Shown: positions 40,262 to 49,915, counted from the first letter of the stretch. The stretch: 64,000 bases of DNA from an uncultured bacterium (GCA_965552055.1 CBEVQO010000007.1:41005-105004); one strand, 5' to 3'. Numbers and translations are program-made. The notes: generated by a model not told the origin, from the letters alone.

Positions 40262-40760
40262 TTTTATCTAATTCTTCAAGATTTATAAAAGTGAGGATTG
40301 TATCACCAACTTGCCGTTGTTCACCGCAATTTATTTTCTCAAATTTGCTGTGCTCTATTATCAACAATCCTTTTTTGTCTTTTAATTTTTTCAAAATTCT
40401 TTTAGCATATCCTTTGTTATAGGGTGGGTCTGCGAAGTAAATATCCGCATCGGGTATTTTAAGTTTAAAAACATCACCAAAAATTACCTTTGAACTTCCT
40501 TCATATCCCAATTTTCTTATATTTTCGTTTAAAATTTTTGTTATTTCTCTATTGTTTTCGATGAAATAGCAAAAATATGCGCCTCTGGAGAGTGCCTCCA
40601 ATCCCACATTTCCCGTGCCTGCAAATAAATCGACAAAAATTTTGCCATCCACATCTTTCAGTATATCAAATAGAACTTTTTTAACCCTTTGAGATGTAAT
40701 TCTTATATCCTTTGTGATTTTAAGTTTAAATCCTTTCTTTTCTCCGCCTATTATCGTCAA
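40254..40760 (-). CDS. rsmD: 16S rRNA m2G966 methyltransferase
   Basis: IIGGEKKG, DLFAGTG, EALSRGA, FADPPY, IIEH. Confidence 0.92.
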   Translation of the reverse strand: MTIIGGEKKGFKLKITKDIRITSQRVKKVLFDILKDVDGKIFVDLFAGTGNVGLEALSRGAYFCYFIENNREITKILNENIRKLGYEGSSKVIFGDVFKLKIPDADIYFADPPYNKGYAKRILKKLKDKKGLLIIEHSKFEKINCGEQRQVGDTILTFINLEELDKNG

Positions 40761-40761
40761 T

Positions 40762-40917
40762 TTATCCCCAGTATTCTGGCTTTTCGCTTTTCCTCACTTT
40801 ATCAAGTGGGTCATCTTTACTTTTATTCTTACCGCCATTTTCTAAAATTTTTATATGTCCAACTCTTATTTTTGGTTTTCTTCTCTTTATTATTCTTATA
40901 GTTTTAACTTTAATCAT
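40762..40917 (-). CDS. 51-aa basic hypothetical protein (not in ORF track)
   Basis: MIKVKTIRIIKRRKPKIRVGHIKILENGGKNKSKDDPLDKVRKSEKPEYWG*; ATG 5 nt after TTGACA-N16-TATAAT; stop 1 nt before rsmD start. Confidence 0.7.
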   Translation of the reverse strand: MIKVKTIRIIKRRKPKIRVGHIKILENGGKNKSKDDPLDKVRKSEKPEYWG

Positions 40918-40946
40918 CTTTAATTATAAACCAATTTTGCCTGTTG

Positions 40947-41837
40947 TCAAGGTGATTTTTCCCTTGGGTGGTATTCTTTTAAATCTTCTTTTAATCTTTG
41001 TCTATCTATCTGCGTATAAATTTCAGTGGTTGATATTTTTTGATGTCCCAGCAATACCTGTACTGTGCGTATATCTGCACCGCCTTCCAAAAGATGTGTT
41101 GCGAAACTGTGTCGCAAAGTATGGGGATGAACATTTTTCCTTATACCTGCTTTCAAAACATATTTCCTTAAAATCTTCCATACACCCATTCTTGATAATT
41201 TTCTTCCATCTTTATTCAAAAATAAAGTTTCTGTCTCCCTTCCTCTTTTTAAGAAAGGTCTAACATCACGAATATAAACAGATAGCCATTTTTTTGCTTC
41301 TTCTGTTAAAGGAATCATCCTTTGTTTTCCGCCTTTGCCAAAGCATCTTATAAATCCTTCATCAAGGAAAACATCCGAAACTTTAAGGTCAATTAATTCC
41401 TGCACTCTTACTCCTGTTGCATACATAAGTTCTAACATAGCTTTATCACGCTTGCCAAGCGGAGTTCCAGTATCTGGCTGGTCAAGCAGTTTGAAAACCT
41501 CCTCAACATCTAAAACCTCTGGCAATTTCTTATATTTCTTCGGTGGCTCAATTATTTCCATAACTTCGGAATCAATCCCATATTCTTTTTCCAGAAATTT
41601 AAAGAATAATCTCAAAGATGTAATGCATCTTGCAACGGTAGATAACTCTGAATTCTTACGCAAATCCGAGATAAACTTTAACAAAACTGCTTCATCCACC
41701 CTCTTTAAAGATATTTCCTTATCTTCAAGAAAATTCAAAAATTTTTTAATATCATAACAATAAGATTCCACACTTTTCTCGGACAATCCCTTATCTATTT
41801 TCAAATACATTTCAAAATTTTTTAAAATATCTTTCAT
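40947..41837 (-). CDS. xerD: site-specific tyrosine recombinase XerD
   Basis: RDKAMLELMYATGVR, GKGGKQR, HPHTLRHSFATHLL, LGHQKISTTEIY. Confidence 0.9.
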   Translation of the reverse strand: MKDILKNFEMYLKIDKGLSEKSVESYCYDIKKFLNFLEDKEISLKRVDEAVLLKFISDLRKNSELSTVARCITSLRLFFKFLEKEYGIDSEVMEIIEPPKKYKKLPEVLDVEEVFKLLDQPDTGTPLGKRDKAMLELMYATGVRVQELIDLKVSDVFLDEGFIRCFGKGGKQRMIPLTEEAKKWLSVYIRDVRPFLKRGRETETLFLNKDGRKLSRMGVWKILRKYVLKAGIRKNVHPHTLRHSFATHLLEGGADIRTVQVLLGHQKISTTEIYTQIDRQRLKEDLKEYHPREKSP

Positions 41838-42814
41838 GGCATGGGTATCGATTTTATACCAAGTTTTCTTTGGATTGCACGCGCAAGGGAAGGTGCATCT
41901 CCAACTCTGTAATTGTCGGTTATCACAAGGGACGGAGAACTTTCTTCAACATAGTGTAATAAACCATTAAAATCCGCATGGTCACTTAGAGCAATCTGAA
42001 AAGTTTCATCTTCTATTTTTTTAACCGGCACATCGAATTGCCAGCCACTTAAAATTATCTTCAAACCTTTAAACTTCCTGTATTTCGACGACATATGAAA
42101 TATCCCTATAAATTTGCCAGATTTCAAAAATTCTATACCGTCTTCGCTCTTATCAGAATAATAAAGAGGAAAGTTAAAACCAAACCTTTCGTAAACTCTC
42201 ATCAATCTAAAAATTTTTTCTGTCGTCAGAATTGGTATTTCTAACCTTAAATTTTTAAAAAGAGAAAGTACTTCCTGTAACTTTCCATGATAACCAAAAA
42301 TCAAAATAGGTAAATTTTTTAAATTTTCTTGGATAAAGTTTAAGAAAATTTCTTCAATTTCATCTTCAAAGTATCGCTTCCAGCGTGGATTCCCATAAGT
42401 GGCTTCCATCACCAGAATGTCGCATTTTAAAGGCTCTGTCCCCTTCTTAAAATCGCCTGTGTAAACTATTCTCAAATCTCCCTTTTGATAAAAGACCTGT
42501 GCAGCTCCCGGAACATGGCTGGATGGATACAATTTTATCCTTTCATCATCAACTATAAATTCTTTCTCATATTCAAGTGGATGAAATTTTGAAGAATTAT
42601 AATTTTTCATTTCTTTGATGATTTCTATTGTTAAAGGAGTTGCTATTATTTTTTCGCATTCTCTTATACTGTCTTTCAATCCCCACATATGATCTGCGTG
42701 TGCATGGGTTACTATTCTTATTTTCTTCTTAAAATGTGCATCTGCCACAAAATTTTCACCAAGTAAAATTGCACCATTAAAATGTATGGAAGCAGGAAGA
42801 TTATGGAAGGACAC
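41834..42814 (-). CDS. MBL-fold/beta-CASP exonuclease-like protein
   Basis: THAHADH, HVPGA, YTGDF, EATYG, LSDHADF. Confidence 0.85.
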   Translation of the reverse strand: MSFHNLPASIHFNGAILLGENFVADAHFKKKIRIVTHAHADHMWGLKDSIRECEKIIATPLTIEIIKEMKNYNSSKFHPLEYEKEFIVDDERIKLYPSSHVPGAAQVFYQKGDLRIVYTGDFKKGTEPLKCDILVMEATYGNPRWKRYFEDEIEEIFLNFIQENLKNLPILIFGYHGKLQEVLSLFKNLRLEIPILTTEKIFRLMRVYERFGFNFPLYYSDKSEDGIEFLKSGKFIGIFHMSSKYRKFKGLKIILSGWQFDVPVKKIEDETFQIALSDHADFNGLLHYVEESSPSLVITDNYRVGDAPSLARAIQRKLGIKSIPMP

Positions 42815-44954
42815 CTATTACTCTAAAGTCAACCCTTTGATTTTTGATTCTTCCTTCTTTTGTCAATTCAGAACCCAGTGGCTCTGTATTTCCATATCCT
42901 TTAACGGTCAATCTGCTTGCATCCACTCCCTTTTGCACCAGCCAGTTATATACTGACCTGGCTCTCCGTAAAGATAACTCTGGGTCGCGCTTCTCCTCTG
43001 CTCTACAGGTGTGACCTCCTATTTGTATCTTCAATTTAGGATGTTCTTTCATAAATTCCATCAGTTTATTCAAAGCATCATATTCTGTTGACCTTACTTT
43101 ATCGCTTAAAGTGGCAAAATAAACAATCATCCCGGGCAATCTTTTACCCAGAGGAATTAACTTTATATCAAGTGGTGGCATCACACCGCCAGGGAGTTCA
43201 ATCTCTTTTTCGTAAGGAACATAATCCTTTGCAGTTACTGTTATTTTTGTTTTTTCTCCTTTAAGTTCCATTTTAAATCCTTCTTTTGTGCACTTCATTT
43301 TTACTCCCTGGGGATGAGCCAGAATTTCTGCTTCTATGGGTTCTCCTGTGCAATAATCAAATATTTTACCAACTACCAGTGTCTTCTTATAAGCAGGTGT
43401 TAATGCTATTTTCATTACAATTGGTTCTGTTTTCGGTGTTATCATTTCGCTATAGGTCTCATATTCCGGCGCTTTAATAACAATCTCGTAGGGCTCTTCT
43501 CTCAGAGGCACACTTACTTTGAATAAACCAAGGGTGTCGGATTTTGTTTTAATATTTGTACCCGTGATAGTTATTTCAGCGGATAAAGGTTTATTCGTTT
43601 CTTTGTCAAAAATTTTACCACTTATTACACAAATTCCTTTTTTCAGAGGGATTTCAATTGCATTTTCACCTTCTTTGAATTCTATTTTCTTAACATAGGG
43701 GATATATCCTTTTACTTTCGCTGTAATAGTGTAGATTCCCGGCTTTAATCCGATTGTGAAATTTCCGAGTGAATCGGTTTTTATTTTCTTTTTGACTTCC
43801 GGGATTTCGATTTCCGCCATTAAAGGAGATTTTGTCTCTTCATCAATAACATGACCTTTTATTATTGCTCTCGCAATTTGCAATGCGAAATTTAATTCTT
43901 TTTCTTTTTTCTTTTTAATTGTAACTATCATTTCTTCTGATGTCTCATATCCTGCTTTGCCGCACATTACGAGCACTTTCCCTACCGGTAGCTTTACCCT
44001 GTATTGCCCTGTTTCGTCGGTATATGCAGTTGTATCGAGCTCCGGGAATATTATCATAGCAGCAGGAATAGGAGCACCTGTTTTTGCGTCAACGACTTTT
44101 CCATAAAGAATTCCTGTTGGCTTTTCTTCAGGAATAAAATAGAATTTGAAACCGAGTGCTAAATCTATTACCCACTTGGGAGCCGAACCCCATCCTCCTT
44201 TTACATAATACACAGTATCATTTATCAAAGAAGGTTCTTTGCTCAATCTCAAAGGAGTATTTATCTCAAAATTTATTTTCTTACCTATTCTGAAACCTGG
44301 CGTAAAGTAAAATGCTCCATCGTTCAAATCCCGCTTATTTCTTCTCCACCAGTAAAATGTAAACATCGGTTTGAATGCACCGTAAAACATGGATAGCCTA
44401 CCTGAAAGGAAGAATTTATCTGCATCGGATTTATTAAAGAAATAATGGATATATCCGCAGCCTGCGTTCACTCCGACTGGAACTTTTTCACCGAATATAG
44501 CAGAAAGAAAGAGTGCACATCCTATAGCCTGCTTCTTCGCAGTAAAATAGCGTAAACACCCGCCCTTGTAGTCCCAGTAACCAGTGTGATGCTCCTTCAC
44601 ACCCATTTTCTCACCGGATGGGTAACTATAATAAGGACAAATTGAAACATAGAAAGGATGAAAAGGCATGCAAACCGCGGCTTCTAAATCTATATCACCA
44701 AATCCATAAGCCAGAGTCTCTTCCTTTGTCCCCCAATCGGTTATGTAATCAAGATGTCCTTTTGTTTTAAAAGATAGAGAAAGCCATTTTGCGAATGTAA
44801 ATCCAATGCCTGCTTTTAAATCACCCAATATGAGGTAGTATTCATCTTTGCCCTTTACGGCGCTCCCAAGTCCGAATCCGATATCAAGACAGCCAGCTTT
44901 TTGCTCGTATCCTTCTACGATTACGAGATTTAAAATAAAAAGTAGCACGCTCAT
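42801..44954 (-). CDS. OmpA-family protein with N-terminal barrel-like region and four carboxypeptidase-regulatory-like repeats
   Basis: Four G(K/H)(V/I).D..T..P(I/L) repeats; IGGHT, LSLRRARSV, GYGNTEP, NQRVDF; start ATG 44954 after TTGACA-N15-TAAAAT. Confidence 0.85.
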   Translation of the reverse strand: MSVLLFILNLVIVEGYEQKAGCLDIGFGLGSAVKGKDEYYLILGDLKAGIGFTFAKWLSLSFKTKGHLDYITDWGTKEETLAYGFGDIDLEAAVCMPFHPFYVSICPYYSYPSGEKMGVKEHHTGYWDYKGGCLRYFTAKKQAIGCALFLSAIFGEKVPVGVNAGCGYIHYFFNKSDADKFFLSGRLSMFYGAFKPMFTFYWWRRNKRDLNDGAFYFTPGFRIGKKINFEINTPLRLSKEPSLINDTVYYVKGGWGSAPKWVIDLALGFKFYFIPEEKPTGILYGKVVDAKTGAPIPAAMIIFPELDTTAYTDETGQYRVKLPVGKVLVMCGKAGYETSEEMIVTIKKKKEKELNFALQIARAIIKGHVIDEETKSPLMAEIEIPEVKKKIKTDSLGNFTIGLKPGIYTITAKVKGYIPYVKKIEFKEGENAIEIPLKKGICVISGKIFDKETNKPLSAEITITGTNIKTKSDTLGLFKVSVPLREEPYEIVIKAPEYETYSEMITPKTEPIVMKIALTPAYKKTLVVGKIFDYCTGEPIEAEILAHPQGVKMKCTKEGFKMELKGEKTKITVTAKDYVPYEKEIELPGGVMPPLDIKLIPLGKRLPGMIVYFATLSDKVRSTEYDALNKLMEFMKEHPKLKIQIGGHTCRAEEKRDPELSLRRARSVYNWLVQKGVDASRLTVKGYGNTEPLGSELTKEGRIKNQRVDFRVIGVLP

Positions 44955-45012
44955 CAAAATATTTTATATAATTTTTCCGAATGTCAAGGAAAAAAATTGC
45001 CGAATATTCTAA

Positions 45013-45041
45013 TTGACATACCCACCCCCCATATATATATT
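45013..45041 (+). promoter_or_regulatory. dnaA promoter (TTGACA; TATATA at spacer 15 or TATATT at spacer 17)
   Basis: TTGACA 45013-45018 followed by C-rich spacer and (AT)n run. Confidence 0.6.
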
Positions 45042-45171
45042 AGATGATAGTCCTTATTCAAAATATTAGCAAAAATTTAAGATTCGGAAAGTGCTGGCTC
45101 GGAGATGTAGAAAATATCTTATTTAAAAAATGCCCCCCTCTCAAATTAAAATCAAAATCTACAAAAATTCC

Positions 45172-45210
45172 TGTGGATAAAGGTGTGGATAACCCAGAAA
45201 GTTATCAACA
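45172..45210. promoter_or_regulatory. DnaA-box cluster upstream of dnaA (oriC part 1)
   Basis: TGTGGATAA at 45172-45180 and 45184-45192, TTATCAACA at 45202-45210. Confidence 0.85.
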
Positions 45211-46554
45211 ATGGATACTTTAAAAGAAATATGGGATAAGACATTAAAAGTAATAAAAGAGAAGATGCGTGAAGAGACATTTAAATCCCTTTTCGCAGAA
45301 GAAACGATAGCACCGGTGCTACTAAGAATCGAAAATGGTAAAGCAATCGTTGGATTGCAACACAATTTCTTCTCTGATTTCTTTAAAAAGAACAAAATGG
45401 ACATTTTAATATCTGATGCAATATCTTCAGTAGTTGGTAAGAGGTTAGAAGTTGAATTTAAAGTTCATGAAGGAAAGAAAGTTGTTCCCAGATTACCTGA
45501 GAAAGATGATGGTAAAAAGGAGACAAGTTCTTCTTTCCTGAAAAGATTCACTTTTGACAATTTTGTGGTAGGTGAGGGCAATCGCCTTGCTTATAGTGCT
45601 GCTTTCGCAGTATCTGAGAAGCCGGGTGAAATCTACAATCCGCTTTTTATTTACGGAGGAGTCGGGCTCGGGAAAACTCATTTGCTCGGTGCAATTTATA
45701 ACCACATTAAGAAAAACAGACCCGATATTAAAGTAATGTATGTAACATGTGAAAAATTCCTTGACGATTTAATCGATGCAATACAGAAAAGACAGCAATT
45801 GATATTTAAAAGAAAATACAGAAAGAATGACATTTTACTCATAGATGATGTCCATCTTGTTAAAGATAGGTCAGGATTACAGGAAGAGCTATTCCACATT
45901 TTTAATGAATTTCATTCCGTTGGTAAGCAAATTGTTTTCACATCTGACAGACCTCCTGTTGAGATACCAAATCTCACGGAGAGAATAAGGTCGCGCTTCC
46001 TCGCTGGACTCGTTTGTGATATCCAGCCACCCGATTTCGAAACAAGAGTCGCAATCCTGAAGAAAAAATGCGAATTATTTAAAGTAAAAGTTGACGATAA
46101 CATACTGAAAAAAATAGCAGAAAGAGTTAAAGGAAATGTTAGATTATTAGAATGTGCATTGCAAAAGATAAAAGCAATACAAAGTCATATCGGAAGAACC
46201 ATCACCGAAGAAATACTTGACCTCATATTAAAAGATATAGCCCCGGGTAGAAAAACAGTAAGTCCAGAAAGAATAATAGAAGAAGTTTCAAAATTTTACA
46301 GAATACCCGTTACCGATATAAAAAGCAGAAAAAGGAATCAAATAGTGAGTCAGGCTCGTCAAATTGCAGTTTACTTAATGAGAGAATTGCTCGAATTATC
46401 TTTCCCTGTAATCGGAAGAATAATCGGAAGAGACCATTCAACAATAATCCATGATTATAAAAAAATAGAAAAATTAAAAGAGGAAGACCCCGATGTAAAG
46501 GAAGTTTTAAAATTGTTAAAAGAAAAACTCGGTTATGAACAGGAAAAATTTTAA
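45211..46554 (+). CDS. dnaA: chromosomal replication initiator DnaA
   Basis: FTFDNFVVG, YNPLFIYGGVGLGKTHL, LIDDV, SDRPP, RDHSTII. Confidence 0.98.
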   Translation: MDTLKEIWDKTLKVIKEKMREETFKSLFAEETIAPVLLRIENGKAIVGLQHNFFSDFFKKNKMDILISDAISSVVGKRLEVEFKVHEGKKVVPRLPEKDDGKKETSSSFLKRFTFDNFVVGEGNRLAYSAAFAVSEKPGEIYNPLFIYGGVGLGKTHLLGAIYNHIKKNRPDIKVMYVTCEKFLDDLIDAIQKRQQLIFKRKYRKNDILLIDDVHLVKDRSGLQEELFHIFNEFHSVGKQIVFTSDRPPVEIPNLTERIRSRFLAGLVCDIQPPDFETRVAILKKKCELFKVKVDDNILKKIAERVKGNVRLLECALQKIKAIQSHIGRTITEEILDLILKDIAPGRKTVSPERIIEEVSKFYRIPVTDIKSRKRNQIVSQARQIAVYLMRELLELSFPVIGRIIGRDHSTIIHDYKKIEKLKEEDPDVKEVLKLLKEKLGYEQEKF

Positions 46555-46575
46555 AAGATATAACAAAAATAAGCA

Positions 46576-46607
46576 TTATCAACATTATCAACAGATTATC
46601 ATCAACA
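46576..46607. promoter_or_regulatory. DnaA-box-like cluster between dnaA and dnaN (oriC part 2)
   Basis: Tandem TTATCAACA 46576-46584 and 46585-46593, TCATCAACA 46599-46607. Confidence 0.7.
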
Positions 46608-46620
46608 AAAAGGAGGTAAC

Positions 46621-47709
46621 ATGAAAGTAGATTTTAGAAGAAAAGATTTAATAGATGCATTAGCTGTGGTTATGCCGGTAGTCCCGAGTAAAAGTCCGCT
46701 TCCTGCTCTTTCGAGTATTCTTATCAGAACACATGAAGATGAAGTTGAGATAATAGGAACAGACCTTGATATATGCGTATCTGCAAAAGTAAAAGCGACT
46801 GTCGAAGAAAAAGGAGAAATAACACTTGAAGCAAAAAAATTTTATGCTTTATGCAGACAGATAAAAGAAGATATAATATCTCTGGAGGGCACAACTACGC
46901 CTGTTATTCGTGCAGGAACAGGTACTTACGAAATACCGGGTGCACCTGTTGAAGATTTCCCAGAGCTAATACTTATTGAAAATCCGATTGGCAGTTTTGA
47001 AACAGAAGCCGATATTTTGAGAAGAAGTTCACAGAAAACGAGTTTCGCAGCAGCTAAAGATTCTACTGAATCTATCTTTAAAGCAATTTTAATGCATATC
47101 AAAGGAAAAGAACTGAGATTCGTAGCGACCGATGCTCATAAACTTGCTCTAATAAAAAAGTACGAAATGGATTTTGAAAGCGAACAAAAATTTCTTTTGC
47201 CAAATAAATTCTGGAAAGAAGTTACTAAATTAACAGGAGATGTAAGTGTCTTTTATGACGATACTAAAATATCATTTGCAACAGAAGATTGTGCTATTAC
47301 AACAAGATTGGTTGAGGGTGAATATCCTGATTACGAATCCGTAATCCCTGTTGATAACGATAAAGTTTTAACGGTATCCCGTCCATTGCTTGAAAGTGCG
47401 TTAAGAAGGGGGATGATTTTTGCACACGAAGAATCGAAGATGTGCATTTTATCGCTTTCTTCCGATGTTTTAAAAGTATCCGTACAGGGAGAAGGAAGTG
47501 CGGTTGAGGAAATACCCTGCGAATATCAGGGAGAAGAAATGGAAATAGGATATAACATAAGCTATCTTCTTGAAATTTTAACTCACATAGATTCCGAAGA
47601 AGTGCAATTTTTCCTGAAAGACCCGATATCCGCTGCTATTATCAAACCCGTCTATCAAAGAGAAGCAGAAGAATTAATGTATTTGTTGATGCCGATTAGA
47701 TTAGAATAA
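46621..47709 (+). CDS. dnaN: DNA polymerase III beta clamp
   Basis: GTDLD, VATDAHKL, RLVEGEYPDY, LLMPIRL; AGGAGG SD. Confidence 0.97.
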   Translation: MKVDFRRKDLIDALAVVMPVVPSKSPLPALSSILIRTHEDEVEIIGTDLDICVSAKVKATVEEKGEITLEAKKFYALCRQIKEDIISLEGTTTPVIRAGTGTYEIPGAPVEDFPELILIENPIGSFETEADILRRSSQKTSFAAAKDSTESIFKAILMHIKGKELRFVATDAHKLALIKKYEMDFESEQKFLLPNKFWKEVTKLTGDVSVFYDDTKISFATEDCAITTRLVEGEYPDYESVIPVDNDKVLTVSRPLLESALRRGMIFAHEESKMCILSLSSDVLKVSVQGEGSAVEEIPCEYQGEEMEIGYNISYLLEILTHIDSEEVQFFLKDPISAAIIKPVYQREAEELMYLLMPIRLE

Positions 47710-48996
47710 TTTCGAATTTAATTCTTTTCTCTTTTGCTTTAAATATTCTATTTCTTCAGGTCTTAATTCAAAATAAGGATAAACTGTGTTATTCTGCAAA
47801 AGTGGGTCTTTTCCTTTTATTTTGCAGTTTTCCCAGTCCTTTGTACCGGGTATGGGCGAGTATTCTGTTAGGTAAATTTTTGCACCTAAAGAATTTACAA
47901 ATTCCATGGATTTTAAAACTTCGGAAACTGTCTGACCTGGCAAGCCATACATTACATATACACCTATATCTTTTGGGGAATATCCAGCATAACATAAATT
48001 CTCAATGGCTCTTATTAGGTCTTCGTTATAAACTTTACCACCTGTTTCTTTTTGGCGCGCAGGGTCGGAGCTTTCCAAACTAACTCTTATCGTTTTGAAA
48101 CCCGATTTAAACATTGCAACTGCAACTTCTTTATCGATAAAACGAGCATGTAAGCCATTTGGAGTATGAAAATTTATCTTCAAGCCTTTATCTATTATAA
48201 GATTAAGTAATCTCAAAATGTGTTCTTTTGCACGAAATAGAAGTGCATCATCATAAAATGCAATGTTTCTGACATTAAATTTTTCATAATAATATTCTAT
48301 CCAGTAAAATATTTTTTCGATATCTAAAAACTGCATTTTCGGGAAAAAATAAGGGGTTGAGCAGTAAGTGCAGCGAAAAGGGCAGCCAATGGAGGTCATA
48401 ACACCGATATGTCGCAAATCAGGATATAAATCATACAGTGGAAAGTCGTCCTCTACTTTCAAATCTTTACCAATTATTTTTGATAACTCTTTGCTTACAT
48501 CTTTTAAATTCCTTTTTGCGATTACAAAGTCAGCGCCCGATAACTTAGCATGCACGGGATAAAGGGAAGCATAGAAGCCACCTATAATTATTTTTGAATT
48601 TCTAAATCTATTTTTCAAAATTTTAACTGCTTCAAATACTCCGGGATACCAGTAAGTCATTACAGATGTTACAAGGATAAAATCAGGTTCTACAATTTTT
48701 TCAATTTCATTTAAGAAAATTTCCATTTTCAATCCATATCTTTTGTATTTTCTTGGTACAAATTTTAAAACATCGGGTTTTTCAACAACTTCTGCATAAA
48801 ATTTACCTGTGCAGAATTCAGGATTTTCTTTTATGAGTGGCATATCAGGGTGATACCTATCCGTGCAGTCAATTAAATGTATTTCAAATCCGTTATCTTT
48901 AAGGATGCGTGCGATTTGCAGTAAGCCATAAGGCTTTATCCAGAAGTCATAAGCGGCGAAATCATAAATCCAGGGGTTAACAAGGAGAAATTTCAT
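47701..48996 (-). CDS. B12-binding-domain radical SAM protein
   Basis: LLVNPWIYDFAAYD, GCPFRCTYC, FYDDAL, FHTPNG, GLPGQT. Confidence 0.9.
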   Translation of the reverse strand: MKFLLVNPWIYDFAAYDFWIKPYGLLQIARILKDNGFEIHLIDCTDRYHPDMPLIKENPEFCTGKFYAEVVEKPDVLKFVPRKYKRYGLKMEIFLNEIEKIVEPDFILVTSVMTYWYPGVFEAVKILKNRFRNSKIIIGGFYASLYPVHAKLSGADFVIAKRNLKDVSKELSKIIGKDLKVEDDFPLYDLYPDLRHIGVMTSIGCPFRCTYCSTPYFFPKMQFLDIEKIFYWIEYYYEKFNVRNIAFYDDALLFRAKEHILRLLNLIIDKGLKINFHTPNGLHARFIDKEVAVAMFKSGFKTIRVSLESSDPARQKETGGKVYNEDLIRAIENLCYAGYSPKDIGVYVMYGLPGQTVSEVLKSMEFVNSLGAKIYLTEYSPIPGTKDWENCKIKGKDPLLQNNTVYPYFELRPEEIEYLKQKRKELNSKLF

Positions 48997-49670
48997 TAAG
49001 GATAATAATAAAAGTAGTTTTCTTCTCTGCCTCTGTTTAATCTGAATAAATAAGCTACAGCATCTTTAAATTCTTCTGCAAGAGAATAAAATCTTGTTGT
49101 AAGGTCAATTGACATTCCAAAATAAGCTTCTCTTCCATTGACCGGACGGCAACCAAATTGCAAAGTCAATTCATCATTAATATCCAATCCGATGAAGACA
49201 AAAGAAGAGTCAAAGTTAAATTTCCTTATTTCTTTTAAAGGAAAAGTGACACCAAAAGAAAGCCTTGTTTTTCTCTTTCGGTATTTCCTGACTCTTTTTT
49301 CTATTTGCGTGAGCCTGGACTTCATCTTATCGGGTATTTCAACTCCTGTTATTTCAGCGAGATTATGGATTTGATTTATATACGCCAAAACTTTTTTAAA
49401 ATTTGGATACTTTGGATTAAACAGGTTATATTTTAAACTAACACCACCGATGTAATCTTTATCACCATTTATAATAATTCCGCCTGTGAGATGCATTTCA
49501 AGGTAAATTCTGCGCTGCGACATCTTTTCAACCTCTTTCATCAACATCATTATATTTTTTAGTCCATAAAAATATATTTCATGGGCAATAAGTTTATCCA
49601 CTGCTTTTAAGCCACCTATAGTGTCCTGAATTAGAACACGATAGGGAATCATTATGAGGAAGATAATCAT
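48996..49670 (-). CDS. hypothetical exported protein
   Basis: Long ORF, short hydrophobic start MIIFLIMIP, ATG 5 nt after TTGACA-N15-TAAAAT. Confidence 0.7.
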   Translation of the reverse strand: MIIFLIMIPYRVLIQDTIGGLKAVDKLIAHEIYFYGLKNIMMLMKEVEKMSQRRIYLEMHLTGGIIINGDKDYIGGVSLKYNLFNPKYPNFKKVLAYINQIHNLAEITGVEIPDKMKSRLTQIEKRVRKYRKRKTRLSFGVTFPLKEIRKFNFDSSFVFIGLDINDELTLQFGCRPVNGREAYFGMSIDLTTRFYSLAEEFKDAVAYLFRLNRGREENYFYYYP

Positions 49671-49836
49671 CAATCATTTTAATGATAAGTTCAGTTTGTC
49701 AAGTTTATTTATTTTAAATTTAAATGCATATCCTCTCATATATAACACATTTACACCCTCGATTTGTGGCAGTTTTCTGAACCACATTTTAGAAGGTAAG
49801 AGTGCATGTTAAAATTTTTGAAATTCATATTAAAAT

Positions 49837-49915
49837 TTTTAATGCGAACGTAAGCGAGCCTGTTACATATGGGTTGTGAGGAGGGTGGTGGGGACAGGGA
49901 GGCGGGGCTAAAAAT
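49837..49915 (+). repeat. intergenic repeat element copy 1 (block A 49837-49876, G-rich block B 49887-49915)
   Basis: Block A 37/40 identical to 56696-56735; block B matches 56840-56869 with one indel and one mismatch. Confidence 0.9.

Noticed and set aside
40947..41837. Tyrosine recombinase as integron or prophage integrase
   Set aside because: Length and motifs are XerD-like, no IntI-specific insertion evident, housekeeping neighbours, no phage genes
28897..42814. rtcA, Mut7-C and MBL nuclease as one RNA damage/repair system
   Set aside because: Dispersed among unrelated housekeeping genes, with no rtcB, rtcR or TROVE partner in the window
46560..46610. Short tandem repeats as a CRISPR array
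   Set aside because: 9-nt units without spacers that match DnaA boxes; no CRISPR array or cas gene seen in the window
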